A stretch of 63,680 bases of DNA, filler included, from Reticulomyxa filosa (GCA_000512085.1; 19 parts of 19 records of this genome joined end to end with filler, not necessarily neighbours in it); one strand, 5' to 3'. Shown: positions 25,321 through 37,865, counted from the whole stretch's first letter. Program-made: numbers and translations. The notes: a model not told the origin generated them from the letters alone.

Positions 25321-25800
25321 TGTGAGACTGAGTTTTAAATAAAGCCTGAAATCGGCTATGTTTAGGTGAGAAGAGAGGATGTGAAATTTGAATTGTGAAA
25401 GGTTTGAAAATACCTTTGAAACTTGTTATCATTAAGGATAGCACTTTAAAGCTTGCAATTCAGTTCCATGTTCTTTTTATTCTGAAAAATCAATTAAAGT
25501 TTTTTAGATATTGCTAATTATTAACATTTTTTTCATTACGTAGAGCCAGTACAAGGAAACTGCAGCTGGTCCTTTAAAAGCCGTACAATAACGACTAGTT
25601 AATGAAAGAAATTTTAAATTTTGAATAACGCAGAAAATCAAAATAAATACAAACACTTTTATTTGCAGATTTTGAGCTATTACTTCCATTTCATTTTATA
25701 ATGCATAGTTATGTTGTGATTAGTACAAAGTAGGCCGGTTTAGTTTGCAAACCCCTCTTTGAGAGCACTTTGGAAATAATTGAAATTTGTTTAGATTGTA

Positions 25801-27313
25801 ATGTCCTCTTTGAAAGAATCTGTGGAAGAGAAGGATACTCCACGTTGTTCAAGCGTGTTCGAGTATGGGCATTTGGTATTGACCACAAATAGTTCAGACG
25901 ACAAGGCTAAGTACACCTTAGAAGCAGTGGAATTTTACAAGCAAAAGAAACTGCCAATGGGAGATCCAGCAAAAGTTCGTTTACCACCTGACGTATCAGC
26001 GCGTCCAACGAATGTGCAGATATTGGTTGGTATGCATTCAATCCAAACAAACAACTAATAAGAGAATATAGCATCAAACCTTTGTAATTGTTTTGGTTTC
26101 AAAAAAAAAAATAAACTAAGCCACCATCACAAATGCCCAAACGAGGCAAAGCAGAGAGTCTTCGAACACGTACAGCTTTAATTCATTCATTTTGTCACAT
26201 TGAAAGTTATGCAATTGATCTGTCTTGGGACATTTTAGTGCGATTTGCAGCAAATCATCGCGATTTCTACAAACAATTGACGTCGCAAAAATTTTCAACG
26301 TCCACAACTCCAGCTTCGCAGAGCACTGGCGCATCAAAGTCTTTTTTTTATTTCCTTGTTTGTGCTTTTCGTTTCCCGTCTTTGGTATTTCCTTTCTAGC
26401 TTTTGTTCAACTTTTTTTTTGTTTGAAATGCAAACCCACAGTACCGTGTTAGAAAAAGTGGAACAACTCTTGCGACTTGTGGAAGCACAACTCGGTCCAG
26501 CTGTGTTGGAACATAAATCAAAGTCGGAAGAGCCAATTCAGCTGTTAGATCGCGATTACGAAGGGAATCATGATGTGCAACTACCATTGGAATTCTTTGA
26601 AGATTGGCTTCGAATCGCGTATGTTTGAAGGAGGAGGGAGAGGGAGAGGGGGAAAAAAAAAGGGGGGAGGGATACATTTGTCTATGCATAGTGTAGTGTC
26701 ATATGCACATATGCTTTTGCTTTACGCTGTCGTATAACTTTTTTGTTTTGTCTTCAATGTGTGTTGGGGGCGGGAAAAGTGGAGAGGAAGCCTTCCATTA
26801 CAGCTTGTGGCGGGACCGCTTGAAGGAAATGAACAGCTGCTATGGGGCTTTGCCGGTCCATGATGGGCTATGGAAATGCGCGCTAGAAACCAGGGACGAC
26901 ATTTTGGCAAGATTGGCAATTGTACACATGGTCCTGGAAGGAAGAGGACTTGACGTCGAGCCTTCATCCATTCAAAAACTTGTCAATGCGAAAGATGAAC
27001 ACTCTGCAAATTTGTTGAAAACCATTTCCAAAGATGAAATCACACATGTTGGGTCCGGTGTTGTTAAGTGACTTTTATGCTTGTTCTCTTCGTCAGTTTC
27101 TATTTTTTACTTTGTTACACGATCTTGCATTGCTTACAGAGATGGTTTCGATATGTTTGTGAGAACCAAAATCCACCGGTCAAAGACCCAATTGCAAAGT
27201 TTCAACAAATTGTTAAAGAGAGATTTCGAGGTAATTTGAAACCGCCGTTTAATACGAAAGCTCGTGATGCTGCTGGGTTTGCTCCGGAATGGTACTTGCC
27301 TTTGGCTAAATAA
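25801..27313 (+). CDS. DUF455 family ferritin-like (diiron) protein, 5 exons
   Basis: MPKRGK..ALIHSFCHIESYAIDLSWDILVRF, LPLEFFEDWLRIA.EEAFHYSLW, YGALPVHDGLW, LARLAIVHMVLEGRGLDV, DEITHV, LKPPFNTKARDAAGF..WY are the DUF455 motif series. Confidence 0.9.
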
Positions 27314-27999
27314 TGCTGAATTAAATGTTTTTAATATTACTCTGCATTATTCTTGAAACAAATCAACGACTCTTCTGGCTTTGCTCCAATATGGTTTTTT
27401 AGATCATGTCTTAATTTCAAACTAGTGTTCGACAAATATTTTTTTTTATTTTATTAACCAGTCTCAAGGTCATATCCCGACGACGTTTTACTATTAAAAA
27501 CTAAAATGTTTTCATTGCGATCGATCACTCAAAAAAATTGTTAAATTCACTTTTAAACGTAAATTGCAGTTACAATTTGTAGCTGTCTTTAATTAAAATC
27601 AAAGAAGTTTAACTTGATTTATGTTTGTATACATTCTTTGATTTTATTTTTCATTTATTAAATAATAACTGTTTATAAAAAAAAAAGGAAAAAACGTCAA
27701 AACAAATAAAAAGCAATAAACTAAAAATACAAATAACTCAATATGCCACAAAAAAAAATAACAATAATTAAGAAATTGTCAACAAAAAAACAAAAAACAA
27801 GAGCAATGACAGAAAAAAATTAAAACTTCTAAATCAAAAAATCAAAAAACACTACAAACTAAAAAAAGTACTAAATAAAAAACAAATCAAATATTTTAAA
27901 AAAAGACAAAAAATAATACTTCTTTTTTATCTTTTTGATCTGCACCAAAATCTAGTGATATCAATAAAAAAAAAACCTTAAGAAAAATCTTAAGGAATA

Positions 28000-29078
28000 C
28001 ATTATAATAAAAAAGAAAGTTGACACATAAAATGCTACTTTATTTAGATTATTGTGTTTTTCCATGAAAAAACAGCATTTAATCAAAATTTTTTTAAAAA
28101 TATCTACGAATATTGTAGTTTTTAAATATAAGTTTTGTTTTTTATTAAGTTTTTACAATTTTTTCAAAAATTTTAATCTTTCATTTACTTGAATTAAATT
28201 TTAAAAAACAAATTTTATCATACTCAGACAACCACAAAAATTTTTTTAAAGTTTATCAACGTGTTAAATCTCCTTTGGCTTTTTAACTGCATGTATTATC
28301 TTTGTCATCGACTTTATTAAAGTTTCACAAATGTTTGTTTATATTTTTTCCAATTCTGTTTCGAATTGGTTCCAAAGTTTTTCAGTTGTATTAAATGATC
28401 CTTTTTTGTAAATCTTTGTATTTACTGTCCACCAAAGATTTTCAATTGATTCAAATCAGGTGAATTTAGATTAAAATTTATTGTTTTTATTTTTTTTGTT
28501 TTAACTATTTTATAATTTTTTCGTTGCATTATCTTGCTGAAAAATCCAATCTTCTATATTTTCTAAGCAGCAATTGACGTTACTGCATTTCGTCAGATAA
28601 AATTTCTTTATATATATTAGTATTTACTCCACGTTTCACCTTGCAAGCGTAACATGTTCATAACATGACCATACTAAAATGCTTCTACCAACAAATGTTG
28701 ATATTATTGTTATTGAATTTCCATCTAATGGTTGTCAATCAATATTTCGGCAACAAAATAATCAAAATGACAAAAGTCAATACTTAACATTGAAAAAAAA
28801 GGAAAATATCAAAAAATGTTTAAAAAAATTTGTCAAATTTCATCACGAGAAAAACACTATTGTAAACTTTTTTAAGAAATTTTACCAAATAAATGAAAGA
28901 TTAAAATTTTTGAAAAAATTGTAAATACTTAATAAAAAACCAAAATAATATTTAAAAACTACACTATTCGTAAATGTTTTTTAAAAAATTTTGATTAAAT
29001 GTTGTTTTTTCATGGAGAAACACAATAATCTCTATAATGTGGTATTTTATGTGTCAATTTTCTTTTTTTATCCTACTG
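28000..29078 (-). mobile_element. Degenerate, internally deleted Tc1/mariner DNA transposon with ~200-bp TIRs and TA target-site duplication
   Basis: TIRs about 28000-28205 and 28870-29078 are reverse complements (TA|CATTATAATAAAAAAGAAAGTTGACACATAAAAT vs TA|CAGTAGGATAAAAAAAGAAAATTGACACATAAAAT). Interior minus strand gives WIFQQDNA, SPDLN/IENLWW and LIKSM..IHAV/KAKG, the Tc1 DD34E C-terminal motifs, with frameshifts. Confidence 0.9.
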
Positions 29079-29907
29079 TATTTGCTGTTATTGATTATTT
29101 TAATAAATGATTTTTGTAATTGTTGTGTGAAAATAATTGTTTTATGGCTGAAACTATCACGTTTTTTTTGTTTTTTTTATAAGTTTTAGATTGCGTATAT
29201 ATGTTAAAAAAGCGATCTTTTCGTTTGATGTTTTTGTCTCTTGTCCATGTTGTAGTCCAGAAAGATAATTATCAATATGTTGGAAAGAACCGATCATGAA
29301 GTGTCATATTATGATTATTATTTTTTTTATGAAGATGTAAATAAAATTTTGAGTGCATAATGAGCAGAATTAATTTTTTTAACATTTCCGTTATCTCAAT
29401 TTGGCGAAAGAGAAAATAAAAGCAGTAAATATGCCAATTTTAGCAACTGAATTTTTTTTATACTTTCGAAATATTTATAAAGGCCAAACATATGCTTCGT
29501 TTCCCCTTGCAGATAGTTTTAAGAAACGTCAAATGTTTATATACGTTGATTTTGGACATCTTTTTTGCGATCGACTATAGATATTTGTCAATTTTTTGGT
29601 TATGAATTCCAAATTTTTAAAAATGAAGATTACTTGTATAGAAAATGTTACGCAATGTATTGGAAAATTTATGTTTAAGTTACAGTAAGTAAGAGAACTG
29701 TTCTTGGAATTGGCTAACTTGGTTTGATAAAAAAGGATGAAATGTGGGAAAAAACAGAAATTTTTTCCTGATTATTGTAAAAAAACCACACTAAGTGACT
29801 ACATTTTTCACATAACACGCTCCGTTTTTTTTGCCCACAAATAAAATTCAAGATCTAATAATGTTGCTAAAAGACGCGAGATTTTTCGATCATATATTAA
29901 AAAATGA

Positions 29908-30910
29908 TTACTTCGGTATTTTGTGTTCCTTTGTGTATTGTTCTTTGAGTTCTTTCCATTTTTGGTATTCAGTCGTGGCCTTTTTATCCCATTCAGCTCT
30001 TTGATTGTCAGATAATTCCTTCCATTCTTTCCAAAAGCTCTATTATAACAACACAAAAGAGAATAGAAACAAAAACTTACGTCGTAATGGCACAGAGTGT
30101 GTATACACAACAAGCAAATTGGCAAAAGACGAGTAATTTCTAGAAATTTCGGTGGTTGTATACATATACAGGTAAATGAATAATATATTATTCATATATC
30201 CATTAATAAATAGAAAATATATAGATGTAATAAACCATCTTTAATTCTTTCTCCCCTGCTTTTTTTGTTTTGTTTATTGGCACAGTGCTACTCAACTGTT
30301 ACTGATCCTTTTTTCCTTTCATGAACAGTGCAGGCCCATTGGACGGTGGTCGGATTGCATGAAACTTTTCAATCTTTTCAAGCCAACGTGCACGTGACCC
30401 GGACGCTTCGTATTGTTTCAAGTCCGATTCATATTTTCTTTTGTTGGGCTTGTTTTTGGACAATGATTCCACCTTATCTATACCGGCAGGTTTCTTTGGA
30501 GCATTTGGGTCAGGATAAGCAGACAATAATTTCACTTCCTTTGCTTTTTGGCGTTGGGATACTTTTGGCATGGCTTGCACTTTGCTTTTCGATTTGTTTG
30601 TCAACAGCTCTTCGTCGGTATCGTCCTCTTCATCTTCTTCATCTTCATCTTCATCTTCCTCGTCTTCCTCATTGCTGTCCTTCTCTTTTCTTCGGCTTTC
30701 GTAAATATGCTCTTTTTTGGTGGTAGGGTGACTTGATACTTCATTTCCAAATCGCTGCGAGACTTCCAAGATTCCATCAGTTACCGTCACAAATGTTTTC
30801 AACATAAGTACAGACACATTTAATAAAGAACGGCGTACTTGCGCTACAAAAAAAAACGTCCCGTATAATGCCGACGAAACACTACTGAAGGATTTAAATA
30901 GAATGGACAT
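29908..30910 (-). CDS. HMG-box protein (two HMG-like segments, acidic tract, possible mitochondrial presequence); may be partly degenerate
   Basis: YPDPNAPKKP and KRKYESDLKQYE (box 1); RPPSNGPALFMK, then last exon AFGKEWKELSDNQRAEWDKKATTEYQKWKELKEQY..PK* (box 2). Middle exon structure unclear. Confidence 0.65.
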
Positions 30911-31317
30911 CTTTTTGCGATTGAAATTCCTCGCACAACAAAACGTTGCATTATTACCTCAATTATCTACTAAAAGTTGCAAAAAAATAAATTTATTAAG
31001 AAAAAAGAAACCAAGTTTTGCTTTTAGTGATTCGCTCTTTGGTGAGACACATTTTCTTGTAGGTGTCATTGCTAAATTAAATTCTTTTTTGCTTTGCTTA
31101 AAGCTGGAAAATAAAGCATTGGAGCAACACAACAAAAATTGATTTGTCTGCAACGTATAATTGTTCTTCTGAAAATTTTTGTTACAAAGAAAGCAATGGG
31201 TAGACAGTAATTAACTCTTTGTTGAAAGGTACAAATATTTCAAGTTTTTTTTTTTATTGGTGTTAAAATATTTACTCTATACTAATAAATAACTAAATTA
31301 CTAATAAATAATTAAAT

Positions 31318-32140
31318 ATGACACAATTATCAGACACAGAAAAAAAGACGAAGAAAATTAGACTGATATGCATTTCAGGTACGATTTTTTTTTACCAGCG
31401 TTCGACACGAAGCAGGAAAATCACAACAAAGAAAGTTTGCCATGGAAATAACAGATACGCATAACGGTCACAACTCTTTGACAGAAAAATTGAACAAGTT
31501 GTATGAGTCAGAGAATGATATACTGATTCACAGCGGTGACATGACAGACAGGGGTACACTGCAGGAATTGACAGAAGTGAAAAACTGGTTAAAAACGCTG
31601 AAATTCAAGCACAAGATAGTGATATCAGGAAATATGGACGGGATTGGATTAGACACCAATAAATCTTCGAAACCAGTGAATGGAAAAGAACTGTTCAAAG
31701 ATGTGGCGACCTATTTGGAACACGAGGAAATAACAATAAACGGAGTGAAAATATTTGGGTCACCATACACTCCAAAGTTTGTCGGAGGATTCCAATTGAA
31801 AGATGCCAAAGCTGCACGAGAAAAATGGTCAAATATTCCAAAAGATATCGACGTGTTGGTAGTACATGGACCACCTTATGGCCAACTTGATGTGACTTCA
31901 CAAAAAAGACGTATCGGCTGTCCCGAATTGGCTGCCGTCTTGGGTTTGAAAACGGATGCAACTCAGACCTCACAAACAATTGCCCCCAAAGTTGTTATTT
32001 TCGGACATGTACATGCCAGTCACGGATTCTCTAAACACGCTGCCACCAACACCACGTTCATCAATGCCGCTCAATATAACGGCATTCATGGCTCTAAAAA
32101 GAGTGTTACACCCATTGTTTACGAGTATAATTGTGTGTGA
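31318..32140 (+). CDS. Metallophosphoesterase, MPPED1/2 (239FB/AB)-like, 2 exons
   Basis: Exon 1 MTQ..IRLICIS|DTHN, then DILIHSGDMT, KHKIVISGNMD, KIFGSPYTP, W..IPKDIDVLVVHGPPYG, IGCPEL, FGHVH, FINAA. Confidence 0.9.
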
Positions 32141-32820
32141 TATTCTTTAACATTTTTACTTGATAATTTTGTATTTCGATTAACAAGCAATTGATTTCTC
32201 TCGCATTTGTTTCATTATACCTACTCTGAATATTTATATGTACATTATTATTTTTTTTTTAAGTTTGGATATGTGTTCAGCACTCTTTGGTTTCTGTGTT
32301 TCTATTTTTTACTTGTAACACAGTACTGTCTGCTTTTTTTGTAACATCAACTTTTTGTACGATTTCCCTTTTTAAAAAGCTCTGTTTATAAAGTGGGGAC
32401 ATAAAATGTCTCTTGCTGAAAGATATGCAAATGAAGCTAAGAGAGCTCAGGAAAGCGAAGCGAACAAAAAAAGAACAAGCGTGCAAAGAAGGATAAGAAC
32501 AAAGGGAGTGATGAAGAAGAAGAAGCAGAAGAAGAAGGAGAAGGAGAAGAAGCTCCAAAGAGGTTGTTCATGAATACAAAAGAGAGGGCACTAAAAAAAA
32601 ATTGCGTCTGCAAATTATACTCTTTTTTTTTTTGTGTCGCTTGTTTTTTTGTAAAAGTGTGATGCAAAAAACGTAAATGTGTAATGATGAACAACAGCCC
32701 GAAGAAAGTGAAGAAAAAGGAAGAACATGTTGCAACGATTCAGCCATGCCAAACGAACAAGGCACCCGAAGGTATGCCTTTCGAAATGGGATCAGCGTCG
32801 TCGAAATCCTCTTCGATCAA

Positions 32821-33018
32821 AGAACCGAAATCATCATCCAAACAAAAATCAAAATCGAAATCAAAGTCTAAATCAAAATCAAAATCAAAATCAAAGTCCA
32901 AAGCAAGATCCAGATCGAGATCTAAATCGAGATCTAAACTGAGATCCAAATCGAGATCCAAATCCAAATCAATATCCATCTCAATCTCAATATCCGAATC
33001 CAAATCCAAATCCAAATC
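32821..33018 (+). repeat. Hexamer microsatellite (AAATCA/AAATCC/AGATCC)n encoding a Ser-Lys/Ser-Arg repeat in a truncated low-complexity ORF (32684-33018)
   Basis: Direct tandem hexamers running up to the contig break. Confidence 0.85.
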
Positions 33019-33118
33019 NNNNNNNNNNNNNNNNNNNNNNNNNNNNNNNNNNNNNNNNNNNNTTAATTAATTAANNNNNNNNNNNNNNNNNNNNNNNNNN
33101 NNNNNNNNNNNNNNNNNN

Positions 33119-33671
33119 AACTCAAACCAAAAAAAAAAAAAAAATGGAAAACTTGTTTGCTTTGTGTTTGGGGTTCTGACGTAAGGGGTGAAAGGCCGAC
33201 AATTTCACCCACATTCACTTTACGCTCACTAGTGGCTCGACGATGCGATTTTGTTTGGGTGGATATGCGGGATGGATTCTCCTTGGTCTTCGAACCGCTG
33301 ATATTTTCATGGGTTGAAATAGTAGCCGTTCTCACCGAGGACACTTTGCCCACTGGCCTCAGTTTTGGTGTGTTCAACTCGTCATTCGACGCAATACTAG
33401 TGGTTTCGTCGCTACCTACTATTTTGTCATTACCTCGCAAACTTTTGTCCAATCTTACCGCATCTGTAGGTGTTTCTGTCTCATATTGCTCATCACCCAA
33501 GGTGCTTCTTGCATCCTCATTCCCTCCTAGCATATTGTCATCTTCTTCCGCTTCTTCCAGCGATCCTAGCACTGTCAGCGGAGTTGATAACGTTGGTGAT
33601 AACGCGTCACTATTAGAGGATGTCACTTTCTTGGCTACGGTTTGTAAAGATCCAGCTTCATCTCGACTCAT
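33119..33671 (-). CDS. Hypothetical Ser/Thr-rich protein, N-terminal exon (3' truncated)
   Basis: Stop-free, GC-richer exon MSRDEAGSLQTVAKK...QTQSKQ followed by a GT donor. Confidence 0.55.
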
Positions 33672-35121
33672 TATCTGGTTATTACTTTTATGAGCTGGAT
33701 TTAAAAAAAAAACAACAAGTATCCTCAGCCGTTTCTTTTTTTTCTTGCTTGCGTTACTTTGGTTATAATTGTACACTCATATGAACATTTGGAACACAGA
33801 AAATACTAACTGTTTAATGGATCACTTTGCTATTGAAAATGCATTTTAAACAGCATTTTATCACCAAAAAAGAAGAAAGGCGACAAAAACAAAAAATATT
33901 TCCAACAAAGCCATAATAGACGCGAACACCAAACCTAATGTTCCAAAGGAACTTGTTGCACCCTTTTATTTGAAATTTTCACTTGCTTCACTCGTTCACG
34001 TGGTTCTTGTTCTTTTGTTCCATTTCGTTTTTCTTTGTGTTGAATCCAACTTACATTTTGATTGGAATCTACCCAAAGAGAAACAACACGTATTACTTTT
34101 GACTAACACACGTGCCAAGTTTTTTTTTGGACTTTTAAGAACATACATGGCATTGCTCTTCTTCTTAACCTGCATATTTCTAATTCTATGATAAAGTAAT
34201 AGCACATCTGACTTAAAGCATCTGTCGTTTGTTGTAGGTTGCACACAAAAAAGAAAAAGTTTTTTTTTTTCTTAACGAGGCCTTTAAGAGTTTGGCATCT
34301 TGCACGTTTCTCCGATGTATCTCTTTTCAGTGGTTGCATTGCTACTTCTTTTTAGTTGCACCTTGAAGACAGCAACCGGACAGCAATTCCAATTTCAAGT
34401 GTGCAACAACGGAGCGTACGTCTGAGGCCTTTTTTTTGCACGAAGCCAATTGAAAATACAACAGCCAAAAAAAAGCACACACATACAAAATAAACGAACA
34501 AAACAAAATGGTTTAAAAAGCTATATTGTAGATTGCACTTCCTCATACGGTGGAACAGGCACGGTGGATTGGGGAACCTGGACAAATCCTGGTTGTCGAA
34601 ACTATGGAATTCCAACCTACGCACCTTCTGTGCATATCACGTGTTGGGCCGTTGCCGGTAAAACAAAACAAAAATTTTTTTTTTAAAAAATTTTATTTTT
34701 AAAGCTGTGTTCTTTTTGTTAAAATTTGGAAATAAAAATTTTTGTTAGGATATACAATTCTGGATCTTGGATATTCTTCAATGACTTCCCACCATTGCTT
34801 CAGTGTTTGTGGAACAACTCTTGGCACATGTTATAACGAAGTATCATGGTGTGTGCATATAACATGTATTTATTTTTTTTTTTNNNNNNNNNNNNNNNNN
34901 NNNNNNNNNNNNNNNNNNNNNNNNNNNTTAATTAATTAANNNNNNNNNNNNNNNNNNNNNNNNNNNNNNNNNNNNNNNNNNNNGTTTAAGAACCGTTTTC
35001 ATAAAGCGTTTATGTCCGAGTAAGTGACAAAAAAAATACGTCCCCCCTCATAATTTGGTGAAAAGTATTGCGCAATCCCAATAATAATAAATCGCGATAA
35101 CACATATAACAAGATATTGTG

Positions 35122-35713
35122 ATGGCAACACAGCAATATGCGGATCTCATAGGCTCGACAACAGAGCCGAAGTTTGATGCAGAATCGAGTAACAAGCACG
35201 AGGTCGAGCAGTCAACCGAAATGGACGGGCCCTATTCGCCAAGCGCGCCAGACCCAACGGAAACAGTGGCCAATGCCAATGTACCCGACGAGCAAAAGAC
35301 TAATGAGCCGTTGATCAAAGAGCAAGTTTTGTCGATCCCCTTTGCATTGTTAATCACACTACATTATCAGTGTGGGTCCTTTTTTTTTTTTTTTTTTTTT
35401 TAAATAAAAAAAAAATTAACTTAAAAACAAAAAGAAAAGCAAAAAAATAGAACACAAGACTCGTGAGCCTGAGCGTCCTGCCGCAGACGAAAAAAACGTA
35501 AAGACGGAAGACAATCTGCGATCCACGATGACGGAGACAGTGGGCGGTGCGTTATCAACAGTGAAGAAATTCAGCAACATGGAATGCATCGCGTTTTTCG
35601 CATTTCTGGTTGTGTTTTGTGTAATGATGAGTCTCAGTCGAGGATTGGATGATCTTGCCTATATCCAAACTGCCGGTAATTGTATTTCCAAGTCATTTCT
35701 ATTATGTGTATAT

Positions 35714-35745
<32 letters not shown>

Positions 35746-36390
35746 ATATACATATACACATATATATGTATATATGATGTATTATACGTTAAACATACTC
35801 TTTTGAACCTTTTCCCCTTTTTTTTTTTTTTTGATAACTGAAATGAAGCAATTCGAAACCGATTGACAATCGAAAAGTTTGCGGACGGCTTCAATTCCAA
35901 TTACGACGAGCAGTTTGAAGACATTAACAAAGTGGTAGATATTTGGAATTATTTGAACCAGGTGGCGTTGAAGATCTTGCTGACGGAAGGGACGATGAGT
36001 CAATGGAATGACACCATCAACGTCGACACGTTGAGATACTATCCCTTGGGACATACGCGTTTACTGGGGGGTGTTCGTTTGAGACAAAGTTACGTCCTTT
36101 TTTTTAAAAAAAAAAAAAAATTGAAACAACACATTTCAAAAAAAAAAAAAAAAAGTTTTTTTTTTTTGAAATTTTGTGATATTCAAACATTGAATGAATA
36201 GCTCGACGCAAGCCAAAAACTTGTGACATTGCAAAGCACTCGTTCGAAACATGTTGGAGCAGCAATGAAGAAAGGTCGGATTTCGTTGGCAATAATCGCG
36301 GTTACTTTGCTCCTTACAAGTACCAAACGGCCACCCAATTGGACGACCAAGGATGGCGAGCCAAATATGCGACTTATTCCGGAGGGGGTT
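35122..36390 (+). CDS. Polycystin-2/TRPP-like cation channel, N-terminal part (TM1 + polycystin/TOP domain)
   Basis: TM ECIAFFAFLVVFCVMMSL; FEDINKVVDIWNYLNQV; TRLLGGVRLRQ; exon at 36202 reads KTCDI..TCWSS..YKYQTATQL..WR.KYATYSGGGY, matching the polycystin-domain motif series. Confidence 0.85.
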
Positions 36391-36506
36391 ACGTTTTTTT
36401 TTGTTTNNNNNNNNNNNNNNNNNNNNNNNNNNNNNNNNNNNNNNNNNNNNTTAATTAATTAANNNNNNNNNNNNNNNNNNNNNNNNNNNNNNNNNNNNNN
36501 NNNNNN

Positions 36507-37765
36507 GAGTTCACAGTGAAGAAAAAGACAAATGGGGGAGAGACCAATCCCGAGAACTGGTCTTAGACTTATCCATGCAAGTCATTCGTGTTAAAGACAA
36601 GTCCGGCAAAACTCACAAGGAACACTTGGTCAGTAGTATCCTGTCGTTTGAAGATTTCTCCAATCCCAAACTACCTACCGTTTCATTTCTCATAGTTTGG
36701 TTTTTTTAAAAAAAAAAAAAAAGCAATGTGTAAAAATAAATAATGCGTTTACATTATTGTCAATTGTCATTATTTATATGATATAATATATATATGTATA
36801 TAGTTAAAATTTTTGGATAATCGAGACTATCACTTGACATTTGAAAATGCGATTGACCGCGAGCGGTTTAAGGATTTGCTGGCGCGAATGCAAAAGTTTC
36901 AAGAGAAGTTGACGGCCCCTTCGAGCAGACAAGGCAGTGTGAGCATCAGCAAGTCGTACCAATCATATCAATCGTACCAATCGGAAGTGCGGACAGTGAG
37001 CGCGCACCCTGTGGGGTCGGACATGTACGAATCGCTGTCGCATCTCGGCCTGGGCGTACCAGAGAGAGGAGTGGAAGAGGGGAACGACAGTCCAACGACA
37101 TGGAATGGAATTGAAAATTTTGCATTAAACACGAGTATTAATAATAATAATAATAATATGGGAGCAGTGGCAGATGGCAGTGAATACACTGGCGAGACAA
37201 GCACGCAAGTAGTGTATTTGATCCAATACACGAGTTGGGGACAACTGAAAACTCGGACAATGATCATCCATGTGATCGAAAAAATGGTACGCTTGTTTGG
37301 GGAAAAACGCAAGTGCACGCATGAAATGTCGGTGACGATGATCGCGACCATCGAAGTCATCAATCGCGTTGTCTTGGAACTAGTGTTCACACAGAAGATC
37401 AAGCCCATGAAAATCACCTTCCAGTCTAATAATGACTTGTGGTATTTCGTCGAGCAAATACGCTTTCTAAATCCCAAAGTCTTAGTGCAACGTCCAAAGA
37501 GTCTGCCGCTCAATCGACAAATATCCCAACCCACGCCACATATCGCTGTCACTACGGAGGATGCCAAAGGCTCGTCGTCCGACCATTACCGACACTCTGT
37601 GCCCGATGTTCATTACCACTCTCATCGTCAATATCAATATCAATATCAATACCATCATCACCAGCATCAACATCAGCATCGTCATGACGGTAATGACGGT
37701 CATGACAACAACAACGACGATAACAATGACAATGACAATGATAATGATAATGACAATGACAATGA
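36507..37765 (+). CDS. Fragment of a protein with tandem PH-like domains and a His/Gln/Asn/Asp low-complexity tract
   Basis: Two similar units: FTVKKKTNGGRDQSRELVLDL..IRVKDKSGK..YHLTFENAIDRERFKDLL and YLIQYTSWGQLKTRTMIIHV..KITFQSNNDLWYFVEQI (beta strands plus C-terminal helix). Confidence 0.55.
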
Positions 37766-37865
37766 NNNNNNNNNNNNNNNNNNNNNNNNNNNNNNNNNNN
37801 NNNNNNNNNTTAATTAATTAANNNNNNNNNNNNNNNNNNNNNNNNNNNNNNNNNNNNNNNNNNNN

